From Candidatus Saccharimonadales bacterium (GTDB lineage Bacteria > Patescibacteriota > Saccharimonadia > Saccharimonadales > JANWIN01), in NCBI GenBank assembly GCA_025449905.1, contig JANWIN010000004.1, positions 24,656-88,655 on the forward strand: DNA of 64,000 nucleotides. Reading direction: 5' to 3'. Positions 10,071 to 19,100 of the stretch are shown here, in pieces (positions within the stretch are counted from its first letter, which is position 1; each line of letters opens with the position of its first letter). The notes below the pieces were generated by a model, which worked only from the letters and a program-made list of their open reading frames with translations, had not been told where the DNA came from and searched no databases. The position numbers and the translations under genes are program-made.

Positions 10071-11004
10071 TATTTTCACAAACGACAACAAGTTGCTCTA
10101 CACTAACTTTTTTATAGCCGCGATTACGTACTTCTAAATCAAAATCAGACTTATTAACTTCTTCTATAGCGTCAAAGACAACGGCTGGGCTTGGGCGGGG
10201 CAATCGTTTATTTACTCTTTCTTTTAACTTCATGCTATGCAGAAGAGACATTATGACCCATTGATAGTCACCCCATCCCTCTGCAGGCACCCGCAATTCT
10301 GCGGGTTCAGCTGATTCCTGGGACTGTTCAATATAACTCCTTATGGTTACTCTAGCAGCTAAATCTGCAATCACTTTATCGGGACCGTGTTTCTTGTACC
10401 AGTTTTCCGGGAGTTCGTAATCAGGGAATTTTTCACTTATTACTTTTTCGGCATCTTCCCATGCTTCTTGATGGTAGCTTTCACCTCTTGTAGCTTCGAC
10501 AATTAAAGCGCCTCGTTTTACTCCGCGAACTAAATTATCAATCGTTTTGCCATTTTCATCTATATGATAACTAGCCATAAGTTTATAACCTGCATCGTAT
10601 TGGCTCTCTTCCCCTATAGGACGAGTAATGTCCGCTCTTCTAAGCACGATAGTTGAATGTCCTGCTTCGTGTGCGTCTAGCAGGGCAACATGTTCAGAGG
10701 CATGGTCTAATACGGCTTCTGAATAATCAACCCCAACAATTCTTAAACCGCTGGGGTGCTGACTGTAAAGACGTCTTATAAAATAGCCATCTCCACATGC
10801 TAGGTCAATAACTCGCCCATCTGTAATGTCGAAGGGAATTTCCGCAATTTCTTGATAAATATTACGGCGCGGCACAGCATACTTGAGAGTAAATCCCCGA
10901 CGTATTCCTGCATACATAAAAGAATAGTCATACTGATCATGAGATACTTCACTTGGGCGACTCAACATAGCCGCAGGATCTCCCACACTTTCACTAGCTG
11001 ACAT
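10063..11004 (-). CDS. class I SAM-dependent methyltransferase
   Basis: Motif I VIDLACGDGYF followed by a post-I acidic residue; about 313 aa. Confidence 0.7.
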   Translation of the reverse strand: MSASESVGDPAAMLSRPSEVSHDQYDYSFMYAGIRRGFTLKYAVPRRNIYQEIAEIPFDITDGRVIDLACGDGYFIRRLYSQHPSGLRIVGVDYSEAVLDHASEHVALLDAHEAGHSTIVLRRADITRPIGEESQYDAGYKLMASYHIDENGKTIDNLVRGVKRGALIVEATRGESYHQEAWEDAEKVISEKFPDYELPENWYKKHGPDKVIADLAARVTIRSYIEQSQESAEPAELRVPAEGWGDYQWVIMSLLHSMKLKERVNKRLPRPSPAVVFDAIEEVNKSDFDLEVRNRGYKKVSVEQLVVVCENTK

Positions 11005-11080
11005 ATTTTATACAATATCAAAAAAATTATATTGCAAGAACTGCTTAAGTAATGCCATAAATAGGGTAAAATAAGGCTAT

Positions 11081-11752
11081 ATGTCTGTAGAGGCTCTGTC
11101 AGAACTTCGAAAAGTTTTAAGTGAGGGCAGGACTTATGAAATACAAAAAGGCCAGGTTATTCTATCAACAGAAGATCGAGAAGTCTTTAATTATATCTCT
11201 TCAGGTTTTGTTAAGCGTTACCTAATTTCTCACAAAGGGGATATTGGCGTGCAGATTATTTACGGGCCGGGTGATTTTTTCCCTCTTAGCCGTGTATATA
11301 AAGTTTTATTTAATCAAGACCTTTATAAAGGACCAGAAATTTATTACTACGAAGCTATGACAGACCTTGAGCTTAGCACTATTGACGCTGCAGAATTAAA
11401 AGAAAAAGTAACCGGCAGTATGTTATTGCACCGTGCTCTTCTAATAGAGGCCGGCAAGCGGCTAGAAACGACTCTTTGGGGGCTGGAAAATATCATGATG
11501 GAGAATTCTCAAAAAAGGGTAGCTCACCAATTGGCCTATTATGCTCGCCATTTTGGCAAAAAAACCAGCAAAGGAGTTGAAATTAAAATCCCTCTAACCC
11601 ATCAAGACTTAGCCGACATCCTTAGTGTTGCGCGTGAGACGGTTTCGCCGGCAATGAAGCAACTTAGAAAAGAGGGCTTGATTAAAACCAATAGACACAT
11701 AGTAGTGCCAAATATAAATAAGCTAGAAAAAGAAGCCTATACAAGCGAATAG
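11081..11752 (+). CDS. Crp/Fnr family transcriptional regulator
   Basis: cNMP-binding-like N-terminal domain and C-terminal HTH (THQDLADILSVARETVSPAMKQLRKEGLI). Confidence 0.8.
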   Translation: MSVEALSELRKVLSEGRTYEIQKGQVILSTEDREVFNYISSGFVKRYLISHKGDIGVQIIYGPGDFFPLSRVYKVLFNQDLYKGPEIYYYEAMTDLELSTIDAAELKEKVTGSMLLHRALLIEAGKRLETTLWGLENIMMENSQKRVAHQLAYYARHFGKKTSKGVEIKIPLTHQDLADILSVARETVSPAMKQLRKEGLIKTNRHIVVPNINKLEKEAYTSE

Positions 11753-11757
11753 TGATT

Positions 11758-12141
11758 TTATTTTTCGAAAGTTTTAATAGCGCTAATTAAATCATCCAGC
11801 GAAACTTCAGCTTTGACAAGATAACCATCCATAATTTTTTTAACATCTGGGGTTAAAAGAGTGCTATCTTGACCAAGGTTTGTCAGCATTATTATTTTCG
11901 GCTGGCTAGTCAAGAGAGATGGGTCGCTGCGCAAGGTTTTTAAAACTTCATAGCCATCTTTTTTAGGCATCATAATGTCTAAAAAAATTAAATCTGGCTT
12001 GTAGCTTTTGGCAACGGCTATGGCTTGCTCGCCGTCAAAGGCAACATTTACATCATAGCCTTTAGACTTAATAAAATTTCTATACATCTCGCAGAGCTCG
12101 GCGTTATCCTCGACCATTAATATTTTATGTATAGCTGCCAT
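11758..12141 (-). CDS. single-domain response regulator (CheY/PilH-like receiver)
   Basis: ILMVEDN...DLIFLDIMMPKKDGYEVL...; no output domain. Confidence 0.85.
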   Translation of the reverse strand: MAAIHKILMVEDNAELCEMYRNFIKSKGYDVNVAFDGEQAIAVAKSYKPDLIFLDIMMPKKDGYEVLKTLRSDPSLLTSQPKIIMLTNLGQDSTLLTPDVKKIMDGYLVKAEVSLDDLISAIKTFEK

Positions 12142-12164
12142 GGCTTATAAGTTCGAACCAATCA

Positions 12165-12938
12165 TTATTTTTTAATAATACTTACCAGTTCTTCGAAGTC
12201 ACCGGTTTCTAAATCTGTAGTTGCTACTTCAGCCGCCACCCCCGGGCAATGCCACTTATTCTCTTTAGTTTTTTTATCAATTGGCGTCCAATCGTAAAAC
12301 TTAATGCAGCCGGTGTAGGTCGCCAGCTTAGTTTTTACAGTTTCATTTACGGCTACGACGTTTCGCGTGTCTTCAGCCTCACCTTTGTCATATTCTTGTT
12401 TGTAAGAATCACCTACTTTATTATCAGCCTTTATCCAATAACCGGGTTTAGCCCCGTTAACGCCAGCCAACCACGAACCTTCGTGGTCAGTAAATTGCCC
12501 GCCTTCGTAATTTTCAACATCCTCACCAAAATACCAAACATTACCATCTTTATCTTGGGCTACATAGTCGCGGGTGGCCTCTGCGACTATGCCGTTAACC
12601 GACACTACATCATGATAAATTAAGGTCTCTACGCCAGTTATTTTTTTGGTAGCACCGGTTATGGTAATAACCGATCTTTCCAGACCTTCCTTAGTATTAA
12701 CTTCATAAACTAGTTTGCGGCCAACCGGTAGCGAAAAGTAGGGATTGGTTATTTTGGTGGTAAAGTCTTCAGGATTTATCGACGGGTTGTATTCCTCGAC
12801 GGCGGGCTGGCTAGACTGCTTTTTATCATCGTTCCTGTTTATAACATAGTACGCACCGCTACCAATTAAAACCAAGGCTAGCAATAAAACTATGATTTCA
12901 ATAATGCCAAAACCGCTGTTATTGTGCTTGTGTTTCAC
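12165..12938 (-). CDS. secreted protein with a prepilin-type N-terminal cleavage/methylation signal (pseudopilin-like)
   Basis: N-terminus MKHKHNNSG|FGIIEIIVLLLALV: short basic leader, Gly, then Phe+1 and Glu+5, followed by a hydrophobic helix. Confidence 0.55.
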   Translation of the reverse strand: MKHKHNNSGFGIIEIIVLLLALVLIGSGAYYVINRNDDKKQSSQPAVEEYNPSINPEDFTTKITNPYFSLPVGRKLVYEVNTKEGLERSVITITGATKKITGVETLIYHDVVSVNGIVAEATRDYVAQDKDGNVWYFGEDVENYEGGQFTDHEGSWLAGVNGAKPGYWIKADNKVGDSYKQEYDKGEAEDTRNVVAVNETVKTKLATYTGCIKFYDWTPIDKKTKENKWHCPGVAAEVATTDLETGDFEELVSIIKK

Positions 12939-12957
12939 AACTTTACTTTATCATAGG

Positions 12958-12998
12958 AACTAAAATGCCCCCAGTCCTGCAGTCCCAGAGCTGGGGGC
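12958..12998 (-). terminator. rho-independent terminator for the KGG stress-protein gene
   Basis: 8-bp GC-rich stem gcccccag/ctgggggc followed on the minus strand by TTTTAGTT, immediately 3' of the CDS at 13022. Confidence 0.5.
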
Positions 12999-13021
12999 AC
13001 TAAGGTTAACTTACAATCTTG

Positions 13022-13192
13022 CTAAGATCGCTTCGAGCTAGCACCACCTTTTCGTCCGGCTTCACTGGCTTTTTTACGGTCGTTTTTAAAATTACCACCG
13101 CTCATTCGGCCGCCTTTACTGGCTATTTCTCGTTGCCTTTCTTTATCCATTGCCGCAAAGCCGCGTTTGCGCGTAAGCATGGTCTGATTCAT
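13022..13192 (-). CDS. KGG-repeat stress-induced protein (YciG/con-10/GsiB-like), 56 aa; not in the ORF track
   Basis: My own translation: MNQTMLTRKRGFAAMDKERQREIASKGGRMSGGNFKNDRKKASEAGRKGGASSKRS. Repeated KGG/RKGG motifs; strong RBS AAAGGAGGG 5 nt upstream; terminator downstream. Confidence 0.7.
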   Translation of the reverse strand: MNQTMLTRKRGFAAMDKERQREIASKGGRMSGGNFKNDRKKASEAGRKGGASSKRS

Positions 13193-13333
13193 AAACCCTC
13201 CTTTTACCCGCCTAAACTTTGTAAAAAAATTGTGCGGGTTAAATTAATTGCCAACTAAGCTTAAAAGCTTGGCAACTTCTTGTCAGTAAAGTTTTTGACA
13301 AACGCAGTGTGAGCTTTTTATCAGAATTTTAAA

Positions 13334-13657
13334 TTAAGCTATAGCTTTGTCTTGGAGAGCAGCACCAAAGTGGTCTTCCATGGTCAGCATGTGCTTACCC
13401 GCTTGATCACTGACTGTAACTAGTCTTTGGGTAAGATCAACAATTGCTCTGGCCTCTGCTTCGGCTTCTGTAACTCTTTGCTGCAACTGTTCACGGAATT
13501 CTTTAATAGTCGGAGTACTAAAAGCCGCCTCATGATCGGTCAAGGCTTTAGATAATATTTGTAGGGTCCGAGAAACTTCTGCAAGTTCTGCCAGCAATTC
13601 ACGAATTTCTCGGTTGGCCGTTTGGTAGGATTGACTATCGATTTTGTATACGAACAT
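13334..13657 (-). CDS. hypothetical small alpha-helical protein
   Basis: 107 aa; heptad-like helical hairpin composition; no WXG motif. Confidence 0.45.
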   Translation of the reverse strand: MFVYKIDSQSYQTANREIRELLAELAEVSRTLQILSKALTDHEAAFSTPTIKEFREQLQQRVTEAEAEARAIVDLTQRLVTVSDQAGKHMLTMEDHFGAALQDKAIA

Positions 13658-13850
13658 TTAAACCTCCGTTAGTCAATGAAATGTTACCACATAGTTTATG
13701 TCTTGTAAATAAGATTATGATAGTAGCGTTTATGTTTTAATTTGGGCTAAAACGGCGTGTGAGAAATTTCACATTCTTGCAATTGTAAAGTGATATAATT
13801 TTCCCACAGCATACTGTTTATGCTTATATAAACTATCAAAAAGGAAAAAC

Positions 13851-14396
13851 ATGGCAAAATCTTCAGCAAAAAGTAAACAAGTTGTTAAGGACCGCACGCG
13901 TTTGGAATGGGCGCTGTTAATAGCACTGCTACTTATAGCATTTCTGCTATTAGCCTCGCGGAATGATTGGTGGCCTTGGAATACGACCAACGATAATTTA
14001 GGCACAGCATTTTACGTAATCAAAGCCAAAGATTCTAAAAATACCAGCAGTTCTGGCCACAGTGCCAGCGGCTCTGGCGGCAGCAGCGGCAGCTCTAACA
14101 ATGGTAGCGCAGGTAGCAATGGTAGCGGCAACGGAGGTAGCGGTGGTGGAAATGGTGGAGGAGGTTCATCTTCTACTACGTCCCGACTCCTAACCTTTGC
14201 GGCTGGAGTTGACACTGGCGACACCAAAGAACAGACTAGCGCCGAAGCTGGCGACTTAAATGAAAACTGTGCACTTTTGGTAAATTCGTCAACTGCTGGC
14301 AAGCAAGAGGTTTGTACCTACACCGAAGGCGATAAAGTCGTAACCGTTACGTTCTTGAACGATCACGTTGTAAGCGCTTCTAAATCAGGCTTCTAG
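13851..14396 (+). CDS. hypothetical membrane-anchored Gly/Ser-rich protein
   Basis: N-terminal TM helix, then about 60 aa of SGSGGSSG low complexity, then a Cys-containing C-terminal domain. Confidence 0.5.
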   Translation: MAKSSAKSKQVVKDRTRLEWALLIALLLIAFLLLASRNDWWPWNTTNDNLGTAFYVIKAKDSKNTSSSGHSASGSGGSSGSSNNGSAGSNGSGNGGSGGGNGGGGSSSTTSRLLTFAAGVDTGDTKEQTSAEAGDLNENCALLVNSSTAGKQEVCTYTEGDKVVTVTFLNDHVVSASKSGF

Positions 14397-14406
14397 ATAA
14401 AGTTAC

Positions 14407-14424
14407 TGGCTTCGGGACTAGGAT
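14407..14424. repeat. 18-bp direct repeat identical to the 3' end of the adjacent tRNA-Gln (att-like remnant)
   Basis: tggcttcgggactaggat is identical at 14407-14424 and 14577-14594; the flanks diverge immediately. Confidence 0.6.
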
Positions 14425-14576
14425 ATCGTGCTCACTGTGTTCGCACTCCGCCTTCGCTGCTCGATAAAATCAGACAAGTCTAATTTTCTCTGCGCGGCTC
14501 ATCTGCCCAACCCACGGTTCTCATCCTAGTTCAAAATAATCCTCCATAGTTCGTACAAAAGGCGAACGACGGAGGA

Positions 14577-14650
14577 TGGCTTCGGGACTAGGATTCGAAC
14601 CTAGATTGCTGGGACCAGAACCCAGAGTCCTACCATTAGACGATCCCGAA
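14577..14650 (-). tRNA. tRNA-Gln (anticodon CTG)
   Basis: Minus-strand 74-nt cloverleaf TTCGGGATCGTCTAATGGTAGGACTCTGGGTTCTGGTCCCAGCAATCTAGGTTCGAATCCTAGTCCCGAAGCCA: 7-bp acceptor stem with U1:A72 and G73 (typical Gln identity), anticodon loop TTCTGGT, T-loop GGTTCGAATCC, encoded CCA. Confidence 0.85.
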
Positions 14651-14702
14651 ATATCTAAGGCTATTATATCTTAGGCGGCATGTGTAATAGAATAAAGCTT
14701 AA

Positions 14703-15194
14703 ATGAGAACTATAAACCGCGAATACATGCGCAGCGTCATGTTTGGGATTGAAAATAGCCTGATTTCTACTGCTGGCCTAATTGCTGGCCTAAGCGTCGG
14801 CAGCAAGGATAAAGAGTTGGTTGTATTAGGTGCAGTAGTAGCCATTTTGATTGAAGCGGTAGCCATGGGTGTAGGTGAGTATCTTAGCGACGATGCTGTG
14901 CAAGAACTCGATAAGATTAAACGCCACCCGGACAATTCGATGCTTAGCGGACTATTGATGACTACGGCCGGTACGGTTGCCGGCCTGATACCGCTGGCGC
15001 CAGTAATCTTTCTGGACTACCCAACTTCATTAATAGTAAGCATCAGCGTAGCCCTCGCCGTACTGTTTTTGCTCGGTTATGTAAAAGGCAGGTTATTAAA
15101 AACCAACCCCATCAAGGGCGGCATAAAAATATTGATTGTCGGCGGTTTAGCTACTAGTGTCGGTGTTGTAGTTGGTCTAATCTTTAAAGTCTAA
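14703..15194 (+). CDS. VIT1/CCC1 family iron/manganese transporter-like membrane protein
   Basis: FGIENSLISTAGLIAGLSVG and repeated GxxxG helices are characteristic of the VIT family. Confidence 0.7.
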   Translation: MRTINREYMRSVMFGIENSLISTAGLIAGLSVGSKDKELVVLGAVVAILIEAVAMGVGEYLSDDAVQELDKIKRHPDNSMLSGLLMTTAGTVAGLIPLAPVIFLDYPTSLIVSISVALAVLFLLGYVKGRLLKTNPIKGGIKILIVGGLATSVGVVVGLIFKV

Positions 15195-15281
15195 AACAAA
15201 CCCAATTCTTAGTTGGTATCCTAGACAATCATCGTCTTCATAAATTTGACATAATTCTAAACAACTGTTATTAATTTATAT

Positions 15282-16100
15282 ATGAAAGCAGAGCCGTTAA
15301 AAGAAGCACTAGATCGCTTTAGCCAACTAGAGGATATTGAAAGACGACGCGAAACAGCCAGTGAATTTATGAAAAATTCATTAGCGGTAGCCGCTAGAAC
15401 CGGTGAAGCTAAACTGGAAGAACTTTGTGCTTCAACCGAAGTTCGCGAGCCAATTTTGGAGTTCGCTAGAAGTTATGAAAGAGACAGAGAAGATCTAGCT
15501 TTCTTGAAAAGCCAACAAGACCTAGTCGATGCCGAGGACTTGGAATCCAAAACCAGGCAATTAGATGAACGTAGCTCAGATCCTCGGTTAAGATTTGCAG
15601 CTCGTTTCTTAGGTTATAGCTCATTAAATAACGCGAGTGATGAAACTGTGGAGACAACAGAGCCCGAACGAAGCGATAATGAGCCACCAATGGACTTAAC
15701 CTTCTTTGAAAGACCACCAGAAGTGGTAGCAGAAGATATGAAAGGGCTGACTATCAGTGTCAAGGGTAATAGTGCTGTCATAACCGAAACATTTCCCCAA
15801 GATGAAAAATATAATGAAAAGTGGGCTAGCGATCCGATTTTTGGCGATAACCGCGTTGATGTAATGGTAAGTAAGTATCGGGGGCATAAAATCCTTTATA
15901 TAAAGGCTGGTGACGCAAACCACAGTCTTGATTGTGTGCGTATAAATGGTATTGAAATTGACGGCAAAAAAATCAAAAGCGCCAACCAAATTTGTGAAGC
16001 TTTAGGTCTGGATGAAGAAGTTGTGGGTGATTTAAGATTCGATGGTAAAAAAATTAAAATTGTTAATTTAAAGCCGCTTAAAAACAAAAAGACTAGCTAG
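15282..16100 (+). CDS. hypothetical acidic protein
   Basis: ORF track; convergent with the helicase-MTase gene; no family recognised. Confidence 0.5.
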   Translation: MKAEPLKEALDRFSQLEDIERRRETASEFMKNSLAVAARTGEAKLEELCASTEVREPILEFARSYERDREDLAFLKSQQDLVDAEDLESKTRQLDERSSDPRLRFAARFLGYSSLNNASDETVETTEPERSDNEPPMDLTFFERPPEVVAEDMKGLTISVKGNSAVITETFPQDEKYNEKWASDPIFGDNRVDVMVSKYRGHKILYIKAGDANHSLDCVRINGIEIDGKKIKSANQICEALGLDEEVVGDLRFDGKKIKIVNLKPLKNKKTS

Positions 16101-16113
16101 ACGTAGCTTTTCC

Positions 16114-19100
16114 TTAGTCCTTTAAAAATACAGCACCCTGGGCCACCGAAAGCGGTCTAAACAATATGTGATTTCCTTGTTTGGTTAGTCGGATGCGAGA
16201 TAAACCACCCGCCACAATAACCTCGGGAGGTATATTTTTAATTTGTCTATAGCGTCGTTTTTTAGCAGTCATGTCTTTAAGGATTACCTCTTCTTCATCG
16301 GCAACATACTGATCATGACTATTAAAAGATGGCTTCAAAACAGTACCGCTATCTAAACGATACTCCTGATCAATTTTTTTAGGATTTCTAACTCGCGCAT
16401 TTCGTTTGACGAATTTAAGGCCGCTTAGCGACCTTTGACCCAATTGATTTGCTAAAGCATCAACATCAGTTAAGCAATCGGCTTGTTTTTCTAAAGTAAC
16501 TACACGACCCCTCAAATCGCCATTGCTATAGACTAGTCCGCTATAAGCTTTGACAACTTTGAAGCCCATTTGCCCAGCAAGATTATTGAACGTCCCGACA
16601 TCGGCCAGATCAAGTGAATATATCTGAGTTACTATAGCCTTGCCACCTACTTTAAGAACTCGGTTCATTTCTTTAAATATAGCTAATCGTTCCAAGGCTT
16701 CTGGATCAACCGATCTTTTGGACGGCCGATACTTTGTACTATCGAGCACTAAACCAAGGCTGACTACATCCATGGAGCCTGAAGCGATGGGTACATTAAC
16801 GACACTGCCGACAATGTTTTTAGGAGCTGGTCTATGATGATCAAAATGATTTAAATTGATATCTAGACTAGTAACATTCCTCGCTAGATTATCAGCAATA
16901 TGCTGTTTTAACATTTCGGGCCCCGAACCTAAATCCAAAATAGCCGGTGCAGCAAGCTCACCGTTTTTTCTATACTCTTCTATTATTGTGCTAGTTAAGC
17001 GTGCCATATTGGCTTGATAGCTGCGACTGGAAAGTTCTTTATAGGTTGATGCGTACTCGGCTCCGCTACTGGCAACCAAACGCCGAGTAGCTAATTCGCC
17101 TTGCTGCTTAAGCCGTCCAAACATTTTGTCGATGCGTTGGGTGGCATTGAAATAGTGTGCGGCCAGCTCTGGATTGACGTCGGCATTTGGTTCGACTTTT
17201 TCGTCTTCAGCGTCTATTAATGTTTTCCTATCAAGTTCAGATAGTGGCACGCCAAATAGTAATTTTCTAATAGCTTGATCTTTACGCTGAATATATTGGT
17301 GAATACCTTCTTCTATAGTTCCGGCGGCTATATAAGTATTGACTGTCAGCGGATTATTTCGACCCGGCCGCTGACATCTGCCAATTTCTTGCCTCTTTTC
17401 TGCCATTGTCCAGCCCTCGTTATAAAAACTAAGATCATCGGCCGCCGAAAAATCCACGCCGACGCCCGATGTCCTACCGCTAACTACCAATAACATTTTC
17501 TGATCCGAATTCTGAAATTCTTGCTGCAACTCGTACCTGGTTTCTTCTGGAGTATCCCCGTGAATTACACCAACTCTAACGTCGTCGGGGAGATCAAAAT
17601 AGTCAATTATAGAATCTTCACCAGCAATAACATCAGTAACAAAGTCGTTTACAAAAACCAGTGCTTTTCTCTTGTCTTCAAAAGTTTTTCTAAGTTCATT
17701 GCCGATATGCAAAGCTTTTGAAGGGATAATATGCGGTACAGCATCAACAGTCGCCGGGTTCAATAAAACGCGCCGGCAAGCTTGCATTTTTGATGAAAAA
17801 TCCAGTTCATCATCATCTAAAATAACCTGATATATTTCAGCTTCTGCTTCGCTAAGTGCAACATATTCAGTCTTTTCCTTTAGCATTGGTAAATCAATGC
17901 AGTCTTCCAGGCTTTTCATTTGCATTCTGGGTATTAACAAGCTGCGTAAATCTCTGACATCACGCGTGTCACCATTATCGCCGCCGCTAATCATTAGATA
18001 AGCCAGCTGTTTGTTACTGTATTTTGCGAACTTATCAGGATAAAGAACCCTTAGGGCCATGGCAATGTCACTGACTTTGTTTGGTGCCGGTGTTGCCGTG
18101 AGCATAACCGTGTAGGCATCTTTACGATTTAACAACTGGTCGGATAGCTCTACTAACTGGCTAGCTCTTTTACCGTCGCTTATATTATTTAACTGGTGTG
18201 CCTCGTCAATTATTAACATATCAAAACCAACTCGCTCCAAGGCCTTGCCGTAAGCTGGGTTGCTAAGTTTTTCATGCGAGATAAGAATGTAATCCCATTC
18301 TTCATTCCGAATATTTTCTACCATGGCTGGGCTGTTAACTTCCAAGACTCGAGGTCCTTCGCCAGTTTTAAAATATCCCAGTTGCTGACCGTTTGAATCC
18401 TTGCTATCCGATAAGTATGTTTGCCAAATTTGCTTTTCCAAAACACCGCTTGGCGCGATAACTACTGCCAGCTTTGCGCCAAGTTTCTCTTTGGCGATGA
18501 TGGCCGAAGCACTTTTGCCCAGTCCCGGATCATCAGCTATTAACATTCGTTTCTTTTCACAGATTTCTTTTATGTTAATTCGTTGGTTTAAATCCGGAAA
18601 TGGCCGCTCGGGTTTAAGGTTTTCAACTACTCTAGCAGGTAATTTAAAATCTACAAACAGAGCTAAGTAGTAGTCCATAACCTCATTAATCACCGAGTCT
18701 AAATGTTCATTATCCAGTTCGGCTACGCTTTCGCGAAGATTATCTAAATAACTAGCTATAATAGCAAAATCATCTTCAGCAGGGTTGCTGCGTTTTGTTC
18801 TGTGGTAAGTCGACAAACAGTCTTGCTTGATGACCTCAACTAAGGCCGCTTTAAGGCTAGGGCTTGATAAAAACTCAGCGGTTAAAGCCATTTGTTCAAA
18901 ATCGGGATTGCCGCGAAAAACAGTAAACTCGCCTAAGTAGTCAGCCAAGAAGCTTTTGACATAATCAATTGGCACATTTGTTAGATTTGGGCGGTAGTGA
19001 AAGAATAAGTCAGTTGCATATGCCGGTCCTAAAAGCTCTACCAATTTTTTAAATTCTTGGGCATCCAGACTCAATCCGGCTCTAATTTCTTCTGTAAACT

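Noticed and set aside
13019-13258. A 79-aa plus-strand ORF in the track
   Set aside because: It is antisense to the much better supported KGG stress-protein gene (RBS, terminator, family motifs) and has no signals of its own.
13334-13657. WXG100/ESAT-6-like assignment for the 107-aa helical protein
   Set aside because: Its size and helical-hairpin character fit, but there is no central W-x-G motif and no T7SS components are nearby. It is left as hypothetical.
14407-14576. Possibility that the duplicated tRNA 3' end marks an intron-containing or split second tRNA
   Set aside because: No complementary 5' acceptor sequence (tcccgaa on the plus strand) or T-stem 5' half exists in the intervening 152 bp. 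It is only a partial 3'-end copy.
16640-18670. Short plus-strand ORFs inside the helicase-MTase gene
   Set aside because: They are antisense to a continuous 1199-aa ORF with conserved helicase and MTase motifs, so they are spurious.
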